DNA of 32,000 nucleotides from Akkermansia muciniphila ATCC BAA-835 (GTDB lineage Bacteria > Verrucomicrobiota > Verrucomicrobiia > Verrucomicrobiales > Akkermansiaceae): positions 240,001-272,000 of the forward strand of contig NC_010655.1 in NCBI RefSeq assembly GCF_000020225.1, in the 5' to 3' direction. Positions 7,900-15,649 of this stretch are shown in pieces. The notes beneath the pieces were generated by a model. It searched no databases. It worked only from the letters and a program-made list of their open reading frames with translations, and was not told the DNA's origin. Each line of letters begins with the position of its first letter. The stretch's first letter is position 1. The position numbers were made by a program, and so were the translations under genes.

Positions 7900-8247
7900 T
7901 TACCGGTTGGCAGACTTCACAATCATGGCATCCTTGCCGATGCGGCCGCGCAGATAGTGAAGTTTGGCGCGGCGGACTTTGCCGCGGTTCACGACTTCAA
8001 TCTTGGCAATGCGGGGAGTATGCAGGGGGAATACGCGTTCCACGCCTTCACCGTAGGAAATTTTGCGGACGGTGAAAGCTTCATTGATGCCGGAACCGCG
8101 CTTGGCGATCACAATGCCCTGGAAAATCTGGATACGTTCCTTGCCGCCTTCAATAACACGAGTGTGAACCTTGATGGTATCACCTACGTTAAATGGGGTC
8201 ACATCCGCCTTGAGTTGCTCTTGCTCGATTTTGTTGATAATGTTCAT
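7900..8247 (-). CDS. rplS: 50S ribosomal protein L19
   Basis: 115 aa. The sequence [13 protein letters not shown]...[33 protein letters not shown]...[15 protein letters not shown] is unmistakably L19. Confidence 0.97.
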   Translation of the reverse strand: MNIINKIEQEQLKADVTPFNVGDTIKVHTRVIEGGKERIQIFQGIVIAKRGSGINEAFTVRKISYGEGVERVFPLHTPRIAKIEVVNRGKVRRAKLHYLRGRIGKDAMIVKSANR

Positions 8248-8356
8248 CTTGTGTTATCTATTGCTGGTGAATATCAGTAAAAGGAAAACTTACGGGACGC
8301 AGAATATGAGCCATAATCCCCTAAAAGGCAATCCAAATTTGCCGTACGTCCTTAAT

Positions 8357-9925
8357 TTATTTTTTCGGCGGGGCCGGCGGCGGAGCCACCCTGGCAAGCC
8401 ATTCCTCCAGCGCAGGAAGAAAAGCGGAGGAAGACATAAGGCCCCGGATGCCGTCCGCCCGCTGCAGAAAGGCCTTGTTGCCGCCCCGGGCCCGTTCCGC
8501 CATCAGGATTTCCAGCAGCAGGCGCGCGCGGGTGCGGGCGTCAGCCGCGCCGTCCAGGGCGGAGGAAAGGAGCTCTCCGGCGCGGGCCGGTTCCTTCCGG
8601 TACAGGCATTCCAGCGCCAGAGCTTCATAAAGGCAGGAAAAAGGGGCCTTCCGGGCGGACTCCATCAAACGCGCGGAACGGTCCTTCCAGCGGTCTCCGA
8701 ACTGCACGGAGGAAGCCCACCACCCCTGGAAATAACGGTCTTCTTCCGTCGGCTCCACGTCCATATCCTTCATGCGGGCGTATGGACGGTACAGGGGGTC
8801 TCCGAACACCACCCCCTGCCAGGACAGCACAGGCATGCTCATCCAGGAAGCCTCCGCCACGGTATAGCCGTCCAGGAGGCGGTCCACAAAAATATCAAAG
8901 CGGTGGCAGGCGCCCAGGAACGGCTCATACACATTTCCCACCGTCACAGCAGCCCCCTTCTCCAGCAGGGCGGAACTCCACCCCCTGCCGGGGACCTTGA
9001 AATCGGCGGCGCTGAAGGAATGCAGATGCATGGCTATCGCCCCGGGCCGGAAGCGGAACGAAGGATCCGAAAACGGTCCGTTCGCATTCCCCGCATACCA
9101 CCCGCAGTAAAGAGCCGTATCCCGGCTCAAGGGGAATTTTTCCGGCAGGGTCTGGGGCCAGTCATCCAGATAAGCGGGAATGCCCGCCTCCCTCACGCGC
9201 TCGAACACGTCGTCCAGCCACCGGTCCCCCTGGGCATAGGGACCGCCCCGGTCCACAACGGCCCACCCCCATAAACCTTTTTTCTCCACGTTCGCCGGTT
9301 CCGCCACCAGCCGCATGCAGGTATCGGGCGTCAGTCCGTCCAGGCGGCATACCAGAAACGAAGGAAGGCCGGAACCCACAAAATCCTCCCTTTTATTAAA
9401 ATAGGGATTCACCTGCCAGGACTTCCTTTCATAACCGCCCACCGCCAGCAGAGCCAGTTCGGAATCCACCGCAGCGCGATCCGTCTGCATCTGGTTGACG
9501 CCTTTCCCGGGAAGGGGAGCGGGCGTTTCATGCCGTATCTTCATCGGCAGGTCCGCCATCAGCACCAGCACAAAAATCTTCCGGTTCATCAAGGGGGAGG
9601 ACGCAATGCCGGAAGGCACCCACCACCGTTGTTTCCGCGCCGCCTCCAGCAGCGGGACGCGGATCGTATCCTCATATTCCTTCCGCGAAATCTCGCTGGT
9701 CATGGGGCAATCCAGGGAAACGAGATTCCCTTCTGGAACGCCGCGCACCCGCGCATACTCCCTGGCCATGCGGCGGCTCAGCTCGGATTTTCCGTTATAA
9801 ACCACGGCCACATGAGCGGGCAGCAGCTCATAGGCACACGCGGCGGAAAACCACGACGCCAGCAGAAATAACACGGCTAATCCACTCTTGAACATGCCCC
9901 TACCATACCTCATCTTCCGGGGCAA
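8357..9925 (-). CDS. Secreted conserved hypothetical protein (resembles the TIGR03790 family as I remember it) with a helical repeat-like C-terminal region
   Basis: 522-aa ORF; an alternative ATG at 9895 gives MFKSGLAVLFLLASWFSAACA as the signal peptide. Conserved-looking blocks are VAVVYNGKS.LSRRMAREYARVRGVPEGNLVSLDCP, HLHSFSA, AVTVGNVYEPFL and VVFGDPLYRPY. The family name is recalled, not searched. Confidence 0.8.
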   Translation of the reverse strand: MPRKMRYGRGMFKSGLAVLFLLASWFSAACAYELLPAHVAVVYNGKSELSRRMAREYARVRGVPEGNLVSLDCPMTSEISRKEYEDTIRVPLLEAARKQRWWVPSGIASSPLMNRKIFVLVLMADLPMKIRHETPAPLPGKGVNQMQTDRAAVDSELALLAVGGYERKSWQVNPYFNKREDFVGSGLPSFLVCRLDGLTPDTCMRLVAEPANVEKKGLWGWAVVDRGGPYAQGDRWLDDVFERVREAGIPAYLDDWPQTLPEKFPLSRDTALYCGWYAGNANGPFSDPSFRFRPGAIAMHLHSFSAADFKVPGRGWSSALLEKGAAVTVGNVYEPFLGACHRFDIFVDRLLDGYTVAEASWMSMPVLSWQGVVFGDPLYRPYARMKDMDVEPTEEDRYFQGWWASSVQFGDRWKDRSARLMESARKAPFSCLYEALALECLYRKEPARAGELLSSALDGAADARTRARLLLEILMAERARGGNKAFLQRADGIRGLMSSSAFLPALEEWLARVAPPPAPPKK

Positions 9926-10060
9926 TCAAGCAGGTGAAAGGGACGGCCACGAATTCGCCATTTTTCCGCTTTTCGCTTCACATCCTAAAAAAATACGCTT
10001 TAATAACTCTTGATGTATTGCAGGCCTCCCCCCTGCATTCCCTATAACCATCACACGCAT

Positions 10061-10483
10061 ATGATTCAGCAAATTGACCATATCGGCATCGCCGTCAAGA
10101 GCCTTGACGCCACCGTCCCCTATTACCGCGATGCGCTCGGGCTCGGAGAGCCCCACATTGAGGAAGTTCCCACTCAAAAGGTCCGCGTCGCCATGTTTGA
10201 CGTTGCCGGAGTCCACATCGAACTGCTCGAACCCACCTCTCCGGAAAGCGCTATCGCCAAGGCTATTGAGAAAAAAGGGGAAGGCATCCACCACATCGCT
10301 TTCAAGACCAATGACATCGCCGGAAATATCTCCCAGGCCAAGGAAGCAGGCCTTACCGTGCTGAACGACCCGCCCGTCCCCGGCGCTCACAACACGCAGG
10401 TCACCTTCCTGCATCCCAAGTGCACCTTCGGCGTCCTGACCGAATTCTGCCAGCACCCCGGCAGCTGCGAATGCGGCAAGTAA
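10061..10483 (+). CDS. mce: Methylmalonyl-CoA epimerase (VOC/glyoxalase fold)
   Basis: I chose the ATG at 10061 because the protein then opens MIQQIDHIGIAVKSLDATVPYYRDALGL, the canonical epimerase N-terminus; the ORF track start at 10010 adds 17 unlikely residues. Other matches are GEGIHHIAF and TFLHPK. It is the first gene of the decarboxylase cluster. Confidence 0.88.
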   Translation: MIQQIDHIGIAVKSLDATVPYYRDALGLGEPHIEEVPTQKVRVAMFDVAGVHIELLEPTSPESAIAKAIEKKGEGIHHIAFKTNDIAGNISQAKEAGLTVLNDPPVPGAHNTQVTFLHPKCTFGVLTEFCQHPGSCECGK

Positions 10484-10514
10484 CATTCTCCCTATTCACC
10501 ATACCACTAGACCA

Positions 10515-12080
10515 ATGGCTATTGATCCCAAATTGATTGACGATCTGAACAGCCGCCGCAAGAAGGTCATCCTCAGCGGCGGTCAGGAAAAGATCGACAA
10601 GAGACATGAAAAGGGCGAAATGACAGCCCGCGACCGCATGGGGTACCTCTTTGAGGAAGGCACCTTCTCGGAAATCGGCATGCATGTGCGCCACAACTGC
10701 CACAACTTCGGCATGGGTAAGAAGGAAATCCCCGGCGACGGCGTCGTTTCCGGTTTCGGCCTGGTGGACGGCCGCCCGGTAGCCTGCGCGGCCTCCGATT
10801 TCCTGGCCCAGGGCGGTTCCCTCGGCTACATGCACGCCATGAAAATTGCGGATGCTCAGAAGTATGCGCTGAAAGCCGGCATCCCGATGGTGACCGTGAA
10901 CGACTCCGGCGGCGCGCGCCTCCAGGAAGGAGTGGCGGCCCTTTCCGGATACGCCCAGGTATTTTACAACAATGTGCTTGCCTCCGGCGTGGTTCCGCAA
11001 ATCTCCATGATCCTGGGCCCCTGCGCGGGCGGCGCGGCCTACTCCCCCGCCCTGACGGACTTCATCATCATGCGCAATTCCGGCAACGCGGGCATGTACA
11101 TCACCGGTCCCAAAGTGATTGAACAGGTCACGTATGAAAAATGCACGATGGACGACATCGGCTCCGCCGCCATTCACGCCACCGTGTCCGGCAACGTCCA
11201 TTTCGTAGCGGACAGCGACGCGCACGCCATGGACATCCTGAAGAGGCTTCTTTCCTTCCTTCCTTCCAACAACACGGAAGAACCGCCCCACAAACTGAAC
11301 ACTCCGCTGGACCTGAGCGCTGACGAAGGCATGAGCGACCTGATTCCCGGCGACAACCGCACGCCGCTGGACGTCCAGCCCATCATCAGCCGTCTGGTGG
11401 ACAACGGGGACTTCCTGGAAGTACACAAGGACTTCGCCAAAAATGTCGTCGTCGGATTCGGCCGCATCTGCGGCGTGGTGGTCGGCATCATCGCCAACCA
11501 GCCCAATGTGAAAGCCGGCTGCCTGGATATCGACTCCTCCGACAAGGCCGCACGCTTCATCCGTTTCTGCAACGCGTTCAATATTCCGTTGGTGAACCTG
11601 GTGGACGTGCCCGGCTTCCTGCCCGGCAAGAACCAGGAACGGGGCGGCATTATCCGCCACGGCGCCAAACTTATCTTCGCCTATTCCCAGGCCACGGTGC
11701 CCAAAGTCACCCTGATCATGCGGAAAGCCTACGGCGGCGCCTACATCGCCATGTGCTGCAAGGACCTGGGCGCTGACGCCGTCTTCGCCTGGCCTGGTGC
11801 GGAAATTGCCGTTATGGGTGCGGAAGGCGCCGTCCCGGTACTCTACGGCCGCGAACTGAAGGCTGTGGAAGACCCGGCGGAAAAAGCCAAGCGCCAGGGC
11901 GAACTTCTGGAAGAATACCGGGAAGCCTTTTACAACCCGTATGTGGCGGCCGGCATGGGGCAGATTACGGAAGTCATCAATCCGGAAGAAACCCGCGCCA
12001 AAATCGCCTTCGCCCTGCGCACCCTGCTGAACAAGAAGGAAGTGCGCCCGGCCAAGAAACACGGCAACATTCCGCTCTAA
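10515..12080 (+). CDS. mmdA: Methylmalonyl-CoA decarboxylase alpha subunit (carboxyltransferase; propionyl-CoA carboxylase beta family)
   Basis: 521 aa. Carboxyltransferase motifs are NDSGGARLQEG, GPCAGGAAYSPALTDF and VPGFLPGKNQERGGIIRHGAKL. The context includes OadG-, BCCP- and OadB-type genes. Confidence 0.9.
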   Translation: MAIDPKLIDDLNSRRKKVILSGGQEKIDKRHEKGEMTARDRMGYLFEEGTFSEIGMHVRHNCHNFGMGKKEIPGDGVVSGFGLVDGRPVACAASDFLAQGGSLGYMHAMKIADAQKYALKAGIPMVTVNDSGGARLQEGVAALSGYAQVFYNNVLASGVVPQISMILGPCAGGAAYSPALTDFIIMRNSGNAGMYITGPKVIEQVTYEKCTMDDIGSAAIHATVSGNVHFVADSDAHAMDILKRLLSFLPSNNTEEPPHKLNTPLDLSADEGMSDLIPGDNRTPLDVQPIISRLVDNGDFLEVHKDFAKNVVVGFGRICGVVVGIIANQPNVKAGCLDIDSSDKAARFIRFCNAFNIPLVNLVDVPGFLPGKNQERGGIIRHGAKLIFAYSQATVPKVTLIMRKAYGGAYIAMCCKDLGADAVFAWPGAEIAVMGAEGAVPVLYGRELKAVEDPAEKAKRQGELLEEYREAFYNPYVAAGMGQITEVINPEETRAKIAFALRTLLNKKEVRPAKKHGNIPL

Positions 12081-12101
12081 CATCCATCCCAACGGATTCA
12101 T

Positions 12102-12554
12102 ATGTTACTTACAACACTCGCTTTTGCCTTCGCACAGGGCATCGCCAACGTTATGAACAATCTGAACTATCAGGTTGTCGGCATCATGGTGGTTATGCTG
12201 TGCCTGGGAGGCATGGCCGTCATTCTGACCGTCAGCGGCTCCATCGCCGCCGCCATTCAGAACAGGGCCAAAGCCAAAACAGCCGCTCCCGTAGCCGTTC
12301 CTGCCGCCGCTCCCGCTGCGGCGGGCAAACCGGGCATGACTCCGGAAATGCTCGCCATCCTTTCCGCCGCCGTGGATTCCGCCATGACGGAGCTTACGCC
12401 GGAAATGGTGGCCGTCATCTCCGCCGCCGTGGACGCAGGCCTGGACGGCATGAGCCACCGCATCGTGGAAATCAAGCAATCCCCGGGTTCCGGCTATGCG
12501 GCCGCGGGCAGGGCGGAAATTTTCGCCTCCCACCGCATCAGGCCTTCCCGCTGA
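12102..12554 (+). CDS. OadG/MmdD-like small membrane subunit of the Na+-pumping decarboxylase (extended form)
   Basis: 150 aa with an N-terminal TM helix (VVGIMVVMLCLGGMAVILTV) and an Ala/Pro linker. Two tandem units follow, TPEMLAILSAAVDSAM and TPEMVAVISAAVDAGL. It lies between the carboxyltransferase and BCCP genes. Confidence 0.7.
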   Translation: MLLTTLAFAFAQGIANVMNNLNYQVVGIMVVMLCLGGMAVILTVSGSIAAAIQNRAKAKTAAPVAVPAAAPAAAGKPGMTPEMLAILSAAVDSAMTELTPEMVAVISAAVDAGLDGMSHRIVEIKQSPGSGYAAAGRAEIFASHRIRPSR

Positions 12555-12626
12555 ACTACTGCATTATTCACCCTTACCCCGCCCAGGCGGAATCATTTAA
12601 CTTAATATCCCATACCACACACTATT

Positions 12627-13028
12627 ATGAAGAAACTTCGCATCACCGTAGACGGCAAAGTATTTGACGTATCCGTAGAACTTCTGGACCAGGTGTCCTC
12701 CACCACTGCGGCGCCGGCCCCCGCACCTGTGGCCGCTCCCGCTCCTGCGGCTTCCGCCCCCGTGGCCGCCCCGGCCCCGGCTCCCGCACCTGCGCCGGCT
12801 CCGGCCGCCGCCGGCGCAGGAGACGTTCCCAGCCCGCTTGCCGGGAAGGTCGTCTCCCTGGACGTGGCAGCAGGCGCACCCGTGAAGGCCGGTGACCAGA
12901 TTCTGACGCTGGAAGCCATGAAGATGAACACCATCATCTACGCTCCCGCCTCCGGCACGCTCACCGCTTTCTGCGTGAACCCGGGCGACACGGTTCAGGA
13001 AGGACAGGCACTGGCCAAAATTGGTTAA
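12627..13028 (+). CDS. mmdC: Biotin carboxyl carrier protein subunit of the decarboxylase
   Basis: 133 aa. A long Ala/Pro linker (low-complexity DNA at about 12700-12815) precedes a biotinyl domain with the EAMKM attachment motif. Confidence 0.92.
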   Translation: MKKLRITVDGKVFDVSVELLDQVSSTTAAPAPAPVAAPAPAASAPVAAPAPAPAPAPAPAAAGAGDVPSPLAGKVVSLDVAAGAPVKAGDQILTLEAMKMNTIIYAPASGTLTAFCVNPGDTVQEGQALAKIG

Positions 13029-13106
13029 TCCCGGCGGCGGCAGCCCGGAAACGCCAACAGTACCGGGCTCCGACTCAAATAATAAACCGCTACAAAAATA
13101 TTCCCT

Positions 13107-14771
13107 ATGAGTCTTTTTGATTCATTAATCACCTTTTTACAGGGGATGGGCGTCTTCTCCCTATCATGGCAGATGGTAGGGATGTGGGGCATTGCCATTC
13201 TCCTCCTGTATCTGGGTGTAGCCAAGCAATACGAACCGCTCCTGATGGTTCCCATTGCTTTCGGCGCCCTCATTGCCAACATTCCGGATAACGGAATGCT
13301 CATCACCCAGCTGAACCAGCAGGTCATCTCCTCCAATGAACAGGGGGAAGTAACCGCCACGTCTCTGAACAACGTGGGGTACCTGCGCGTTCACGTGGCT
13401 CCGCTTCAGCAGGCTCCCTCCAAGGTGCCGGCCAATCTGACCACGCCTGAATCCCGTGCCCAGTATCAGGAAATCATGCAGCAGCCCATGCAGGTTTACC
13501 CCGGCAGCCAGCTGACCGTTTCCAAGATCAAGTCCGTGCGGGAATCCCAGGAAAAAGCAAAAGCTGACGCGGCCCGCCTGGGCGACGACAGCCTGACGGT
13601 GGACCCCAACCTGAAGGATTTCCAGAACGTGACGGAAGACAACGGCAATGAACCGGTCTTCCTGCTCACGAACGGAGAAGGGACCACCGTCGTCCGCCAG
13701 CAGGGCGTCAATTACTTTGACACCAGCGGCAACCGGATTCCGGTGGATCTGAAAACCCAGAAGCTGGAGCCCCTGGTGGTTTCAGCCGCAGGCAAATACG
13801 TGGCCGTAGGCCAGCATACCCAGGAACTGCTGGTCACCTCCATCCACGGGGGCCTGTATGACTGGATCGGGCTGGGCATCAAGGCTGAAATTTTCCCGCC
13901 CATCATCTTTCTGGGCGTAGGAGCCCTGACGGACTTCGGCCCGCTGCTTGCCGCTCCGCGCACCCTGCTTCTGGGCGCAGCGGCCCAGGTGGGCGTAGCC
14001 GCCACGTTCTTCATGGCCCTGTTCATGGGGTTCACCCCGAATGAATCCGCGTCCATCGGCATCATTGGCGGCGCTGACGGCCCTACCTCCATCTTCCTGA
14101 CGATGAAGCTGGCCCCGCACCTGCTGGGCGCCGTGGCCGTGGCCGCATACACGTACATGTCCCTGGTTCCGCTGATACAGCCGCCCATCATGGCGTTGCT
14201 GACGACCAAGAAGGAACGCCTCATCCGCATGAAATCCCTGCGAACGGTCAGCAAGAGCGAAAAACTGTTTTTCGCCGTGCTGGTAACCATTGTCACCATT
14301 TTGCTGATTCCGGACGCATCCCCGCTGATCGGCATGCTGATGCTTGGCAACTTCCTGCGCGAATGCAAGGTGACGGAACGCTTGGTTCAGGCCTCCCAGA
14401 ATGAAATCATCAACATCGTCACCATCTTCCTGGGAACCTCCGTGGGGCTCACGATGCAGGGCGACCGCTTCCTGCAGTCGGAAACGCTGCTGATCATCCT
14501 TCTGGGTATCGTCGCCTTCGGCGTGGCAACAGCGGGCGGAGTGATTGCCGCCAAGATTATGAACCTCATCTGGCGCAAGAATCCGGTCAACCCCCTGATC
14601 GGGTCCGCAGGCGTCTCCGCCGTCCCGATGGCAGCCCGCGTCTCCCACAATGTGGGCCAGAAGTACGACCCCTCCAACTACCTGCTCATGCACGCCATGG
14701 GTCCGAACGTTGCAGGCGTGATCGGCACCGCAGTCATCGCGGGCTACTACATCGCCACTCTGGCGAAATAA
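13107..14771 (+). CDS. mmdB: Na+-translocating decarboxylase beta subunit (OadB/MmdB/GcdB family) with a large hydrophilic insertion
   Basis: 554 aa. Family blocks are FLQGMG...EPLLMVPIAFGALIANIP, IFPPIIFLGVGALTDFGPLLA, IIGGADGPTSI and GSAGVSAVPMAAR. It has many TM spans. Residues ~63-245 are hydrophilic and much longer than the equivalent loop in the family members I recall. Confidence 0.9.
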   Translation: MSLFDSLITFLQGMGVFSLSWQMVGMWGIAILLLYLGVAKQYEPLLMVPIAFGALIANIPDNGMLITQLNQQVISSNEQGEVTATSLNNVGYLRVHVAPLQQAPSKVPANLTTPESRAQYQEIMQQPMQVYPGSQLTVSKIKSVRESQEKAKADAARLGDDSLTVDPNLKDFQNVTEDNGNEPVFLLTNGEGTTVVRQQGVNYFDTSGNRIPVDLKTQKLEPLVVSAAGKYVAVGQHTQELLVTSIHGGLYDWIGLGIKAEIFPPIIFLGVGALTDFGPLLAAPRTLLLGAAAQVGVAATFFMALFMGFTPNESASIGIIGGADGPTSIFLTMKLAPHLLGAVAVAAYTYMSLVPLIQPPIMALLTTKKERLIRMKSLRTVSKSEKLFFAVLVTIVTILLIPDASPLIGMLMLGNFLRECKVTERLVQASQNEIINIVTIFLGTSVGLTMQGDRFLQSETLLIILLGIVAFGVATAGGVIAAKIMNLIWRKNPVNPLIGSAGVSAVPMAARVSHNVGQKYDPSNYLLMHAMGPNVAGVIGTAVIAGYYIATLAK

Positions 14772-14808
14772 CCAGAATTGAAAATTACTCCCGGCCTCGG
14801 CCCGTCCC

Positions 14809-15588
14809 ATGAATTCCGCAGCCTCATTTTCCACCCCTCCGGAGGAGGAAGGACCATGCGGCGACTGGACTTATCATGAATGGGCTGAGGCTTTTTCCAC
14901 CAATGATCTGGCCCGCACCCTCCCCCCGGGGCATATTGCCGTCTGCCGCGTTCAGACAGGAGGCCGCGGCAGGTTCAACCGCAAATGGATAGGGGAGGAA
15001 GGCGGCCTGTGGGCATCCTTCACCGTCCCCCTGTCCGCTCCTGAGGATACAGCGGCCGGCGTGCACTGGGGCCATTTGCCCCTGGTTGCGGGGCTGGCCC
15101 TGTTCAACATGCTCCGCGGCATGGGGCTGGATTCCGTGCGCCTGCGCTGGCCGAACGACCTGCTGGCGGGCAAATCCAAACTGGCGGGAATACTGGTGGA
15201 ACGCCCGGCGGAGAACATGGCCGTCATCGGCATCGGCATCAATGTTTTCAATGATGTATCCTCCATCGCCGGGGAAATCAAGGACCCTCCGGCAAGGCTG
15301 GCGGATCTTGTTCGGGACTGCCCTTCCCTGCACGCCGTCATGGCTTCCCTGGGCAGTCATTTGAACCAGGTTCTTTCCGTCTTTTCCCACGGCGGCGTCC
15401 CCGCCCTTCAGGAGGGTCTGTCCCGGGCATGGGCCGGAGAAAGGCCGGTTTCCATTCTTACGGATGACGAAACCGTCCGGGGCATTTTTACAGGGATTGA
15501 CGATCAGGGCAATCCTGTGCTATCCCTTCCGGCCGGCACCGTCCGCACCATTCCGGCGCACCTGATCAACAGGCTCCTCGAAGAATGA
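14809..15588 (+). CDS. birA: Biotin--protein ligase (class I, no HTH repressor domain)
   Basis: 259 aa. It has the motif GRGRFNRKW (GRGRxGRxW) and KLAGILVE. No N-terminal DNA-binding domain is present. Confidence 0.85.
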   Translation: MNSAASFSTPPEEEGPCGDWTYHEWAEAFSTNDLARTLPPGHIAVCRVQTGGRGRFNRKWIGEEGGLWASFTVPLSAPEDTAAGVHWGHLPLVAGLALFNMLRGMGLDSVRLRWPNDLLAGKSKLAGILVERPAENMAVIGIGINVFNDVSSIAGEIKDPPARLADLVRDCPSLHAVMASLGSHLNQVLSVFSHGGVPALQEGLSRAWAGERPVSILTDDETVRGIFTGIDDQGNPVLSLPAGTVRTIPAHLINRLLEE

Positions 15589-15596
15589 GCCTGCCG

Positions 15597-15628
15597 CTCC
15601 GTTTTTACACGGGGTTTCTTTCTTTTTT
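15597..15628 (+). terminator. Weak terminator-like hairpin plus T-tract after birA
   Basis: A short stem pairs CTCCG with CGGGG (one G.U pair) around an 8-nt loop. It is followed by TTTCTTTCTTTTTT. Confidence 0.3.
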
Positions 15629-15649
15629 CATCCAACAAAAATCACTGAC

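Noticed and set aside
9926-10486. 186-aa - strand ORF covering the epimerase locus and its promoter region
   Set aside because: The + strand frame gives a canonical methylmalonyl-CoA epimerase, so this ORF is its antisense shadow.
10401-12101. 566-aa ORF on the - strand, antisense to the carboxyltransferase gene
   Set aside because: The sense strand encodes a textbook carboxyltransferase. The antisense product is a compositionally biased (G/A/R/H/V) shadow ORF.
12700-12815. Highly repetitive GC-rich DNA (GCN/CCN periodicity) that might be taken for a tandem repeat or array
   Set aside because: It is in frame within the BCCP gene and encodes the usual Ala/Pro-rich flexible linker (APAPAPVAAPAPAASAPVAAPAPAPAPAPAPAAAGAG). 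It is not a non-coding repeat.
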